Assembly (NCBI RefSeq): GCF_037042905.1
Contig: NC_087263.1
Location: forward strand, 9,798,001 to 9,862,000
From: Lytechinus pictus
Lineage: Eukaryota
Direction: 5' to 3'
DNA length: 64,000 nt
Shown here: piece after piece, positions 51,497 through 64,000 of the stretch
Position numbering within the stretch: position 1 is the first letter of the stretch
How the letters are laid out: the number at the start of each line of letters is the position of its first letter
Program-made: the position numbers and the translations under genes
Notes under the pieces: generated by a model
What the model was told of the DNA's origin: nothing
Databases searched by the model: none
What the model saw: the letters and a program-made list of their open reading frames with translations, nothing else

Positions 51497-54400
51497 TTCG
51501 TGTAATTTGATTGGTTTGAAAGCCAATCATTCAAATGATCTTGCATAATTATGAAGAGCTTGTTTCCAAAACGGGCTAAATCCTCTTTTAGACCAAAATT
51601 GATTTATATATATATATATATATATATCTTGGGAATCAAATGCAACATATCGTATTTGAATTAAAAACCTTGATTTACAGAAAAATACCAAAAGTGGATT
51701 TAGACTCCTTTGGAACAAACTTCTTCATATGTCTCTAATATCAGTTTATGCTATCATGATTATCATTGTATATATCGGAGAAATAGTACTGTACACAGAA
51801 ACGAAATTTATAGTTCCTTTATTTACTTTCAGTGTCGCGTACTATATATTGCGAGAATAAATACAGATCGAACATGAAATTGCCGTTTCTCGACTTTTAT
51901 TGCCTCTGGGGGATTTTCCCAGAATCATTAAAACGACATTTACAATTTGTTAACAAGTACACAGTTTCTAAACAATATTCATCAAGCCACAATCAACCAG
52001 ATTTTAAGGGGGAAACCGGGTCACGTGACCTCCCAGAAGGAAGAGATCGAACGGAATCCCAGGACAGGTATTTCCTGGGGTGCGGATTCCCCTCTTTACA
52101 TTTATCATCTATTCAATACAAGATTATCTCATGTGTGAAATAAAATTGGGAGAGAGGCTTCAAGACCAGAACATTAATTCTTGGAAGGGGAACCTGCCGG
52201 ACTTCCAAACCAGGAGACTTTGGAAAGTTGGGTTCCCCTGTCCCGAGTTCTTGACATAATTAGTATACAGTGCCTCCCCCTGGTGTTGAAATTTGACCGA
52301 TATAAGAAAAATACCCACCAAAAAGCGAAAGCCCCCAATTTATTTTCATTTTTATTTTTTTTGCCGTGACAACTTGGCAAACACTATTGGATTTTGGGAG
52401 TCCCTTCATGTCAAGGCCATCCCTCCCATACCATTGCATCTCGTTTCCTGGTTGCAACTCATGGTTTCGGAAACCCATACATTGTGCTCTCTCTCTCACA
52501 CATGTCCTCTGCACTAGGACCAAAATATATACTATGAGCGTCATCTTCTTTTGTCATGTAATTATACTCGTACATCAATAATGTCGCCATTATACTAATA
52601 TAAGAATTCTATTTTGTGCATTTTATCGTATAATAATACTCGATAAAATAGGGGCTACCCTTCCAACGCGCCCCCGATATCATGACTAAGGTAGGATTTG
52701 GTCCCATATCCTGCCTCCTCGGCGGCGACCCTAAATGGTAGAATAGAGGGCCATGCACCGGTGCCGTCGACTTTAAATTATCAAACCATTGCCTCCCCTG
52801 GACAGCTGATGTCAAAGCTACCGATAATAAACAGTCGGTAATTCTGTAACCAAGCCCAACCAAGCCATAAGTTCGAAAGTTAGTTTTCACGCTCGACAAC
52901 CAGCCAATTCAATATCAAGGACAACATAAGTTAATGATCAATAAATCATGCAAGCCATCGGAATGGATAGTCATCAATCAACAAATTATTCAATACAAAG
53001 CAACTTCATGCGGTCAACGAATGGACGCATCATATACCATACTCTTCGTCTATACCTCCAAGTGGTTATAAATATCTCTACATCAATTGGACATTGTCCA
53101 ACCATTCTCACTCTAAACCATTAACATGCTTGACAACATTGCGTCCTTGCTTATTTCATTCCCCCCTGCGAGTGAATGTTGTTTCGTAAGTTTAAGCCCT
53201 CGTTGCACTAAACACAACTCATGCAACGAGAGCTGAAACTAATTCCACGTCAAGTAGGTCCAGGGTAAACAACAGAGATAAAACTTGGTGAGAAGAAACT
53301 CTGGAAAACCTTCGGATCCACTTTTGCGGAAATGTGAAACAAACCAACAAATGTCTTGGCACACCTTAAAAACGTGTACCCTTCTTTCAACTAATTTCAA
53401 CTTAATGTCAATTAGGGGTCATCAAAGTGACTCTAACATAAAAATAATTTGAGGCCAAAGAATATATCAAATTAATGTATAGCCAAACCATGCTAGTAAT
53501 TGTACAACTCAATTGTTTGATGAAATGCCATACAAAATCAATCTCCACAACTATTGATAGTATCGTTTTGTTTCCAATACTTGTTAAGGGGTGCATTTTC
53601 AGAATATGGAAAATACATCGCTGTACTTGTTTAGGGGCTCAATTCTGGGAAGACTTGCCAATAGTATTTGTTTCCAATACTTGTTAAGGGTAGGGTTTCA
53701 CACGACAATACTTGTTAAGGGGTGCATTTTCAGAATATGAAAATACGTGTTTAGGGTGCTTTTCAAGACCCCGTGGTCGCGCATGGTATCCACTCGTCAA
53801 TGGAAGTGGCCCCTCCGGGATTACTTTTCAAGAGAACAAACTGTGGCCTCCATATCCGTTAAATAAGACCATTGGATTTTATCATCCCTGGTAACAAGTT
53901 CATGCATTAGGAAATTTTACACGATTTTCTCATGTGTAATGTTTATGTAGGAATGCCTTCCTTTAAGCTAAGAACCGGGAATTTTTTTCTCTCTCTCTTC
54001 CTCTCTCTCTCTCTCTCTCTCTTTTCCCCCTATTTTGGTCAGCAGTGTGAATCGAAACAAATAATATCCATTCCACATCGATTAATTAAGTTAAATGGGG
54101 GCACAAAAATCAAGGCGTGCATTCCCACATTCAAGTTGGCATCATTATGAGATCGCCTCTTACAACAGGTGAGGTTATGTCTTAAGGAAGATACATATGT
54201 TATAAGCACATAAATGCACCAGAGGGACATGCCTCATAGTTTTTGTTTATATTCTTGGTTATCGATGCTTCAACCGACTTTGCTGGCTGGCCAGAATTGC
54301 AAATAGATACGAACTGAAGGTGTTCCTATAATATCCCTTTTTTTCCAAGGTATATTTAGTTTTTTCCGAAAGGGTTATACTTCTCAACAACTTCGAGATT

Positions 54401-54770
54401 ATTCATGTTTCCTCTTCAAGTCTGGACTTAAGGATTTTGATCACTGCATTTCTCAACCTCTCGTCTATTTAGATTATTACGTTAAACCATAAATCCGGCT
54501 CGGTGTAAAAATGGCAGAGGTAAAAATGGCAAAGGAAAAATGGCAGAGGAATAAATGGCAGCGGTAATAATGGCAGAGGTAATAATAGCAGAGGTAAAAA
54601 TGGCTGAGGTAAAAATGATAACACTTGAGTTGGTATTCCTTATTTTTTCCTGGATTTACATGCAAGGCCTTCCCACGTCAAATCGCTATTCTTTTTTTTC
54701 TTTTAAACCACTACTGGTCTTCTTTATTTGAATAAAAATATACACATATATATGTACACAAACAAAAGTT

Positions 54771-57700
54771 TTACAAGTTATTCAGTATTAGATTCCATTT
54801 GCTCATATTCATATACAAATTTTCCTTTCGTTTACCTTTCTCATTATCATATCTTTTTTCCACAAAATATATGAACATAATTTTCAAATCATAAAACTTC
54901 ATCCTTTTCATTGTAACTAATGTTATCTTGTAACATTTGTAAATAGAATATAATGCATAATTCAAAATAAAATTAATTTCTTTTCCTTTTCCTTTTCTTA
55001 GACCGTAAACAATATGCTGAGGCTTCAAACGAAAATTTTGAATTAAACCTTTTCTTGTAAGTGCTTCGACGTATTTCCAAAACTTATCAACCTCTGTACA
55101 CAACCAAAACAAATGAAATAAATCACTCAACTTATTGCACTCACTACAAATATCTGTGTTTCTTAAATTCCATTTTTTAAAGTTACAGAGAGTAGGTAAT
55201 AAATTATACATAAAATTGAAATTAAAGTGGGCTATGGCATTATCTTGAATACTTTTGAGTTTCAGTGTCCATGTAAACAACCAAGAATTCTTATTTTCTT
55301 CATCAAAAATTTCACTCCAAAATGATTCGGCCCTTGATCTATCAACATTTAATTGCAACATCTCTTGATAAATTTGTTTTACTCTAGAGTTACAATTAAG
55401 CAATGTATTTACAGATGGCATACAGGATTCATCATTCAAAATTGAATTAAACAAAGCAAGGTTATTTTCTTTTAGTTGTTCTCTCCACATTTTTGGTATT
55501 GACATTATACAAACTGCTTATTCTGACAACCATTGTCCATCAAGATTGACTAACTTTTCTTTTAACTCATTTACAGTAAGAAAGGTACTCTTAGATACCA
55601 GATCACCAACGAACAAAATATTTGACCGTATCCAGTTCCTAAATAACAACATCCTTCCATTATGTCTGATATTGTTGTTAAACCATAACAATTCTTTGCA
55701 GATCTCTGCACTTCAGATTATTTTTTTCTGTTTCCTTAAGCAATTTTTCTTTTTTAAAAGTAAAATAGACATATAATATTTCACGATAAAACTTTGGAAT
55801 CGTTTTCAATGACGGGATATATTGTGGATCACACTTACAATTTCTTAAAATAAAGCTTCCACCTAATTTATCAAACCAATAATCAAACATCCATTTCCAT
55901 TTTGATTTAGTGTCATCGAATTATTTGAAAAGCCATCTTAACTTAAAACTGTTTAACTGTAGGCTATACCTAGATCTAACATATTTAATCCACCATTTGA
56001 CAAATCACTGATTACCATAGTTCTTTTTACTTTGTGAATTTTGGATCCCCAAAGAAAGTTCATCATTAATTTGTCTATTTTTTTAACCAGGTCGTTAGGA
56101 CAAAAAATAATTTGAGCAGTGTATACAAATTTAGACAATATTTATGTTTTTAAGACAATTATCTTACCTTTATAAGTAAGATTTCGTTGTTTGCAAATGT
56201 TAAACAATCTTTCTATTTTATTAATTTTGTCCTTTGACCAATTAAGCTCGCAGCTCATAGATTCATGTCTGGTAAAAAATAAAAATATACCAAGGGCTTT
56301 AACATAATTCTCAGCCCATGGAATATTACTTATCATTTCTAAAGGTTTATCTTTCCCCGCCCACATAACTTTTTTCCCTTGTTTAAAATAACACCTGAAA
56401 CTTTTCCAAAATCTATTATATGCTCTATGGCCTTATTTCCTGAATAATTATTTTGCATAAAAAGTGTCAGGTCGTCAGCTAGCTGACATAACTTTATTTC
56501 TTTAGATTTTTCTCCAACACAAATTCCCTTTATATCCTTATCACTGTTGCTGACAAACTCAACCGCTAAGATAAAAAGTAACGCAGATAACGGACAACCT
56601 TGCCTTATCCCTATAGTGGGGTAAAATGTTTCTGTAAAATGTCCATTCAAAAGAACGGAATTCGATATTTGTGTATATAGAATCGAAACCCATTTTCTGA
56701 ACATTATTTTGAAACCATATTTTTCTAAACATTCATCTATAAAATTCCATTCCAGACTGTCGAATGTTTTGTATAAATCTACAAATATAAGACGACCATC
56801 AACCTTTTCAAGTTGTGTGTAGTCAATAATATCCTGAATCACTTTTGCATTACAATACCCAATTCTACCTTTTATATAACCACCTTGATCTTCATTTATC
56901 AGTAATGTTAATATATTTTGCAATCTATTAGCTAAGACCATTGCAGCCAGCTTGTAGTCAACGTTGAGTAACGTTATTGGCCACCAATTTCTGATATCCT
57001 CTTTATCTCCCTTTTTATACAATAATGTTATAATACCCTGCCGTTGGGTGTACGATAAACGTCCTTTCTCAAAACCGGCATTCAAACTAAACAAAACTAA
57101 ATCTTGTATATCTTCCCAGAATTCGATGTAAAATTATACCGTCAGTCCATCTCCGCCCGTTGTTTTATTTCGTTTCATATTTTTCAGTGCCTGTGTTATT
57201 TCTAACTTTGATATTTTACCTTCACATGTATTCGCTTCTCCACTTTTCAATTGTGGTCCATCTATGTCTTGAACGTAATCTCTAACCTCACATATAACGA
57301 AGTATATAATTTCGAGTAGAATTTATGCACATAGTTCAAAATTTTACTCATGCTATGCTCATTTTTCCTTCCTATCTTCAAAGACGTTATAGTCTTTTTA
57401 ACTGCATTCTGCCTTTCTTTTTCAACAAAATATTTCATATTTGTCTCTCCTTCTTCATAATACTGCACTCTTGACCTGATTTGTGCACCGGCACATTGTT
57501 TTGAGTAAAATTGATCTATTTTCCTTCTCAATTCTACTATATCTTTTTCATTGTTATCGTTTTCAGTGCTCTTAATGAACTCTTCATATTTCTTTTCTAA
57601 AGTTCTTATATTAACATCCTCTTTTATTTTTAATCGTTTAGCAAAACGAAGGGAGTTTTCTTTTGTCTTGATTTTACATAAATCCCAAACATATGACACA

Positions 57701-58560
57701 TCCTTTTCGCCTTTCATCTCTTCTTCCATTCCACGTATTATATTTCTAATTAGTAATTTATATTCTTCATTCATTAAAAGGGAATTATTCAACTTCCAAA
57801 ACCCTCTGCCTCGATTGACATTTTCACAAATCAGTGTAAATGTAACTGCACAATGATCATGATCGGGACATAAAGCTACTGGTTTTATGCATGCCTGCCT
57901 GACGTAATTGCATAAACAATCTGCTACAAGCCAAAAGTCTATTCTAGAGGCCATTTTAAGAAATGTATTTCTGTACGTAAATTGTCTACTTTCTGGATGT
58001 AATTTTCTCCAAATGTCGACTAATTTGTAATTTTTAATCAACTGATTATATTCAGGTAGCTTTTTATAAATAGACTTTGTTATTAAGGTATCCAGCTCAG
58101 CCTTGTTTACACAATTGAAATCACCTCCAAACACTAAGGCATACGACTTTATGTCCGTACGGCACTGAACCCAGTTGCTCAGACGATGCAAAAACTTTAT
58201 CTTTTCTTTCTTTTCTGTCGGAACATATACATTTACCATGCATATTTTCTTATCACCAATGTTCATATTAAGCAATATTATTCGTCCATTGCTGTCTATA
58301 GCACTAGAATCAATACAAAAATCTAGTTTTTCTTTACACAGTATCGAAACACCTTTTCCATGATTACTACCGTATGAATGAGATGACAGTCCTTTCCATT
58401 CTAACTTAATTCTTCTTCCATATCCTGTGTTAAAAAAGTTTCCTGTAAAAACAAGATATCTGCATTTTGATTTCTGAGCCATTGAAATAACATGTTTCTT
58501 TTTCTACTGTTCCTTATTCCCCGCACATTAAATGAAAGGAGTGTGATACATTTTGTCCGC
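54771..58560 (-). pseudogene. Tx1-like ORF2 (APE + RT + C-terminal zinc motif), multiple frameshifts
   Basis: SFNVRG...FLQETF, NVYVP, GGDFN, SRIDFW, PITLLNVDYK, GIRQGCPLSALLF, LADD and CSEC...HLFWLC are spread over several frames. Confidence 0.9.
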
Positions 58561-58596
58561 GTAAGTATCGGTTTCAAACTTTTTTTGTTTTGTTAT

Positions 58597-59782
58597 TTAT
58601 TTCTTATTTGATCCCTTTCTTCTCCTCTTTCTTTCTTGTCTGCCTTTGCGTTTCTTCTCTTTGTCACTCACTACATTTTCTGATCGGCAATCAGTGGTTT
58701 CATAGCCATCAGTATTGTCGCTGTTCTCAGCTTCCGAGCTTTGACTTACATTATCAGCGTGACTGCTTCTCAACCAAAGATCTGGCAAGCTCCGTTGTGT
58801 AGAACGCTCTTCACGCATGGTCCGAGTGTTTACATCTGTATGCTTCAACGGACTTCTATGGACAACGGCATTGACCTTGATTGTATTGGCACGATCACTT
58901 GACGCACGATCTTTCTCATTAGTACCAAATGGGCGTTCCCCCAATCCTGGAATATCTTCACCAATGACGCCAACAAGATCGGTTTGATCACGTGGCTCAT
59001 CACATTCGAAGCTTTTGTGGCCAGGTCGTTTACATCGTTTGCATAAGAATGGCTTGACGCAAGTTGAGGCGTGGTGACCAGTATCCAGGCACCTCGAACA
59101 CGTTGCTACGGACGCTCCCTTTGATTGCGCTCGCCCATCATTGAAAATTCTCGCCTTGAAAGAGGCGAGCCTGGTATGGCGATCAAGCGGCTTATCTAGC
59201 TTCTCCACGTATGCAACCCTGTCGCCATTTAGACATGATGTAAGCTGACCATTTACACGTAATCTTTGCCTCGTTATCTTCCCTTTCACTTTACATTTCA
59301 TCTCCTCTAACTCCTGTGCTATCACTTCGTCACTCACTGATAATGGTATATCCTTTACTGTAATTCTCAGTAGATTTTCACTCCTCTCCTTTAAAAAGAG
59401 GTTTGTGTCGAAGATGGGTATGTTTCACCCAAGGGTTCATTACATGCCGCCGCGCACAGAAAAATCAAGCCATTGAAGTCGTGTGTTGTGGACCCAAGAA
59501 GTGAGATCCCAGCACGCGCGACCCACTAGTTAGAAATCCACTGCCAAACGCGGTTCGTGGTGCGAGGTTCTCTCTCTCTTTCAAGTAAATTCTCCATAAT
59601 CCACCCACCTTTTGTATACCCATGATGTTTTCAGGAGCAATCGACTTAGAAATGGCAAGATAGATCTCCTCTCCTGTGGGCTGGTTCAGTTCCGCATTAG
59701 GTATATCTGCTTGACGCATGAATACGGGTTTCGAACCGGCATCTCGTCGGAATTGGGTTATCGGCCGTTGCTTCATCAGCAT
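58597..59782 (-). pseudogene. Tx1-like ORF1 (gag-like, two CCHC zinc knuckles), disrupted
   Basis: CSRCLDTGHHASTC and CKRCKRPGHKSFEC. The N-terminal part (GIQKVGGLWRIYL) is in a different frame. Confidence 0.85.
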
Positions 59783-61548
59783 AGGTACTACCTATATCCT
59801 TCCTAAATCCATCTCTATCTCTTCCATCACCCTTCGAGTGATTTTCAATGTCCACTGAAGATCATGTTGGTACCTCCACTGTGGTGTAGACAAATACGTT
59901 TTCAAGATAAGATTTCCGAAAATGTGAAATTTAAGGTACAAATCAGAGAGGTGTTTCTGCGATCGTAATCGTATGAAAGCGCCCTCTCAGAAATCGCTAT
60001 TCTAATATTCAAATTTGAAGCACACTTTGGATCTCAAGTATTGTACTTAATTTATTACAAGGGAAATTCAGACTGACATAAAATTTATTGTAAAAATAAC
60101 ACAAAATAGTTAAAATGCTATCCATCAAAGAATTTAAAAGCTATTAGAATTGTGCATTTTTATTGGGACGTCATTTGCGAGCAGTTTTCCCCATATATGG
60201 TGTGATAAAAAAATATCAATGAAATTTTATTTTATATAAAAAAATGTAAATGGTGTTTATTGTACCTTAAGTATAGTAACGTACAAATAATTTCACATCT
60301 GCTCCTGAAAGATTTTTGTTAGCAATCATGAACCACTGATTAAGAAAAATGAAAAGTTTACATTTTGGTGCATAAAATACGGGGCAGTTGCTGGTACAAT
60401 GTATATGACGTCACAAAACTCAAACTTCGAATAAATTTCTTAGTCTTTGATGGATTTTCTGCAAACATACACCATGCAGTAACCGTTACCATAGAAACTA
60501 GTCAAGGAACCTGACATCCACTTGGACTAACTGCAATGAGGTACTGCTGTGAAAAAATCAACACTGGTTGCTATTATTATATAATTTACATTAAATTACA
60601 CTTTATATACGTATCACATCAATATCTATTCGGATCCATAATGATTTAGAAATATGAAAAATTACTTTTATTACAGAACGTTATATTATTTTTTCCTGTT
60701 ATCCAAATTATGCAAGTGGTTAAAAGAAATCCCGAACTCGTCTATTTCAGTGTGTTAATGGTAGCGCACATTGGTGTTTACATTAAAATTCGTTTAAAAT
60801 GTATGTGATGAAGTGTTGTTCTACTATACGAACTGGCCAAGATTAATCCTTTCATCACTCACTAATTGAAATCATTTTGGCATTAAAATGTTTGATTTTA
60901 ATCATATCAACGATAAAGTATAGACCTAAAATGATTAGAAACAATCCGAATAATATATCATCAGTTCATAATACTCATTTTGTCGATAGGAGTTCATTCA
61001 AGGTCAATGATTATGACTGATATTAACCGGAAAGGCTCTATCTTTTCCTTGCTGATGTAGTTGTGATGAAGTGCTTTTTTACTATACGAACAGGCCAAGA
61101 TAAATCATTTCATCACTCACTAATTGAAGTCATTTTGGCATTAAAATGTTTGATGTAGCATGTCATGATCTTTACCTCTGCCATTATTACCTCTGCCATT
61201 ATTACCTCTGCCATTTTTACCTCTGCCATTTTTACCTCCGCCATTTTTACCTCTGCCATTTTTACCTCTGCCATTATTACCTCTGCCATTTTTACCTCTG
61301 CCATTATTACCTCTGCCATTTTTACATCTGCCATTTATACCTCCGCTATTTTTACCCCCGCCATTTATACCTCCGCCATATTTACCCCCGCCATTATTAC
61401 CTCTGCCATTTTTACCCGGCACCATAAATCCGGCATCTTCAAATAAATCCAGATTTCTATCTTGCACTGTGAAGACCTTTGCAACCACTGTCATCAAATG
61501 TGAACCATTGCAAGCCAAGTCCAAGCCCTGTCCCTTCGTACACCAGTC

Positions 61549-62375
61549 GGTGAATTATCGGATGGTCTAATACAACATGGTCTAATATCAGTTCGTCCAA
61601 CTTCACATAGTCTAAACTCATTTCGTCTACAACCAGTTCGTCTAATATCCAATTCGTCTTATTCCCACTTGGTCTAATATCCAATTCGTCTAATTTCCAT
61701 TTGGGCTAATAACCAGTTGGGCTAATTTCCGCTTGGTCTAATATCCAATTCGTCTAATTCCCACTTGGTCTAATATCCAATTCGCCTAATGAGCAGTTGG
61801 GCTAAAACCATTTAGTCTAATTTCCAGTTGGTCTAACACCACTTGGTCTAATTTCCACTTCGGCTAATTTCCACTTGGTCTAATTATCATTTTGTCTAAT
61901 TGCCACATGGTGTAATTCCGTTTGGTCTAATTTCCATTTGGTCTAATTTCCATTTAGTCTAATTTCCACTTGGGCTAATATCCAATTGGTCTAATGACCA
62001 CTTGGTCTAATCGCCAATTGGTCTAATGACCAGTTGGACTAATCGTCACTTGGTCCAATTTTCATTTGGTCTAATTCACACTTGGTCTAATGTCCATTTA
62101 TTCTATAGGTTTTCCAGGTCAAATGTCCGCAGATTGGAACCAGTCGTCCATATAGGTATTTCAAATGTCCGTGTACATGGACAAATGTCCGCATAAGAAT
62201 ATGGATGTCCGATTAGGGAGTTCAAATGTCCACGTAGGTTCAAAGTGTCCATATAGCTATATCAAATATCCGATTAGGGAAATCAAAAGTCACATAGGGA
62301 ACTAAATGTCCAACTAGAGAGTGTAATATCCCACTTGGGAAAACAAATGTTGTATAGGGATCTCAATTGTCCACG
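61549..62375 (+). repeat. 16-bp subrepeat array plus ~21-bp CAAATGTCC units (arm of a foldback-like element)
   Basis: TTGGTCTAATTTCCAC-type units at 61549-62104 match 31468-31933 inverted. CAAATGTCC units follow at 62120-62375. Confidence 0.75.
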
Positions 62376-64000
62376 GTTTGAAATTATGATCACTCGAACA
62401 TGATAACTTTATTTTTTCATCCTTCGCTTTTTAATTTTCTGTCACTCAGCTTTCCCTTTCCCTTCCTGCTCGATCTATCCATTTGTCAGGCAAGGGAATC
62501 CCCCCCCTCATTTCACAAATTTGCTGACCTCCTTGATTTTTGTCCTTATTTTTATTGATTGAATTATTCATTTTTTGGTCAATTTTTTTTCGAGGGGGGG
62601 GGGGGTGCGGAGTCTTAGCCCTGTATGTTGTATTTGTCTTCTTTATTTATTTTTATACACATTAATATATTTCTTCCCTTTTCATTCTACCCCGCCCCTC
62701 TTTTGGAGCCGTTTATCTCTTGGTGGAGATGGAGCGCCTTTTTGTATCAGGCTCTTTTCTCTTCCTTCCATTCATTCCACCTTTTCAACTTTTCCTTTTC
62801 TACTAATTTGTTATAGGCAAACAAATAAAATGTCATATAGTGTTTTTAATAGTCTCTATGGGTGTAAAATGTTATGTTTCTTACATATTCTGTTTTTTTT
62901 TTTAACCAAATTATTATATATATTCCTTCCACTAAATATCGAACGCCACACAACATGATCTACGGACAAACTACGGATATTATTTACAATATTTTTTAGT
63001 CAAACCCATAACATATATATAAATCTTAACATGGCATTTAATTTCATAATTCATATGAAAAACTCATTATTTGTAAAAATGTTTGTTCCTTACAGTTATG
63101 AAACCTATTTAAGTCATCAAATAATTATTGTTTAATTCTTCTTAAGCATCAATTTATTACAAATAATGAGTTTTTTATATGAATTATGAAATTAATGCCA
63201 TGTTAAGATTTATATATTTCATTCTTTCAGTTTTTGAGAGGCGAGTCCCTTGGAACTTACAAACTTGAGGGTGTTGTGATGAATTAAAAATCATTCATTA
63301 TCAATTCAAATTGTTAGAGCAAATTTCATGAATTCTCAAATTAAAATTCCATGCATGAGTGAACGTGAATTGCAATCTTTAGTGCAGTGTGGGTCTCGGC
63401 AGTGTGTTCATTGGAGTCAGGAGAATAGGGGTAAGATAGGACTTCAGTGGGTGAAGTAGGCAGAGATGGGAAAGGGGTCAATTTGATAATAAATTTTGAA
63501 AATTAGGTCATCAACGTTTCAGTGGGCAGTGCTCGCTCAAGCATGAATAGTTTTCCAACTTTTTGGTGTCATTTGTAATGAAAATTTGAAAATACATGTT
63601 AATTCATAACGGTTACATTTTATACACTCATTTGCATTACCTGAGGCAAAAGGTGCAATGCTGTCAGAAATCCACTTAATTATATTTTGGTAATGCAGAT
63701 AAACGTCTTATATATAATATAGCATCATTCATGAATTTATTTTATCTAGAATTAGCAAATATGGTACGTAATGGATAAATACCATGCATCAGTTAATACA
63801 TATCACTAGGATCCGGGGGGTAGAGGCTAGAGCCGGGGTAAGGCTGGTGGACGCAAAACCTCACCGTGAAGGACTATCGATGACGAGATATTCGCTCATC
63901 GAATGAATTATTCTAACCAAATAACATACTCATAATCATTACATCACCGCATGCACATTTACAGAACAATAAGTTGGGGACCTTGTAGCTTATAATAGTC

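Larger units (their letters stand above)
54693..59990 (-). mobile_element. Full-length, decayed Tx1-like (L1-group) non-LTR retrotransposon
   Basis: 13-bp TSD AAATCGCTATTCT at 54680-54692 and 59991-60003. Minus-strand AATAAA at ~54723-54728 and a short poly(A). ORF1 and ORF2 remnants are in order. Confidence 0.92.
54497..61423. mobile_element. TU/foldback-type DNA element with TIRs of 15-bp tandem repeats and an 8-bp TSD, carrying a nested LINE
   Basis: (GTAAAAATGGCAGAG)n at 54505-54618 is inverted relative to (CTCTGCCATTTTTAC)n at 61171-61415. TSD ATAAATCC at 54489-54496 and 61424-61431. Confidence 0.8.

Noticed and set aside
51850..53400. Possible solo LTR (TATAAA at ~53067, TGG at ~53286, palindrome GGTCACGTGACC at ~52019)
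   Set aside because: No TG...CA termini, TSD or second copy could be identified. Left unannotated.
61113..61524. Pentapeptide-repeat ORFs (GRGKN, MAEVK, TSAIF)
   Set aside because: Translations of the 15-bp TIR subrepeat of the foldback element.

Overview
AT-rich, repeat-dense eukaryotic DNA with spliceosomal introns. The SINE, MITE and foldback types suggest an invertebrate deuterostome, most likely a sea urchin (inference). Main contents: (1) An apparently intact L2/CR1-group LINE on + (~598-8646), with an L1-type ORF1, an APE-RT ORF2 and an (AAATCT)n tail. Its ORFs are 3.1 kb apart, and the spacer holds a ~300-nt GC-rich RNA foldback whose 64-bp core has 44 Watson-Crick pairs, 18 G.U pairs, 2 mismatches and no A.C pairs. 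That points to a strand-specific RNA structure, possibly a fixed record of A-to-I hyper-editing. (2) About 30 kb of MITEs, SINEs, foldback elements, microsatellites and decayed segmental duplications. (3) A 21-coding-exon gene (40635-51496, +) that the ORF track does not assemble: two degenerate ankyrin repeats, ~10 copies of a frame-symmetric two-exon 59-aa module, then one exon with an internal hydrophobic segment, two Ig-like domains, an S/T/P stalk and a GPI-like C-terminus. (4) A TU/foldback-type DNA element (54497-61423, 8-bp TSD) carrying a full-length but decayed Tx1-like LINE with a 13-bp TSD. All calls were made by eye; no database searches or folding programs were run.
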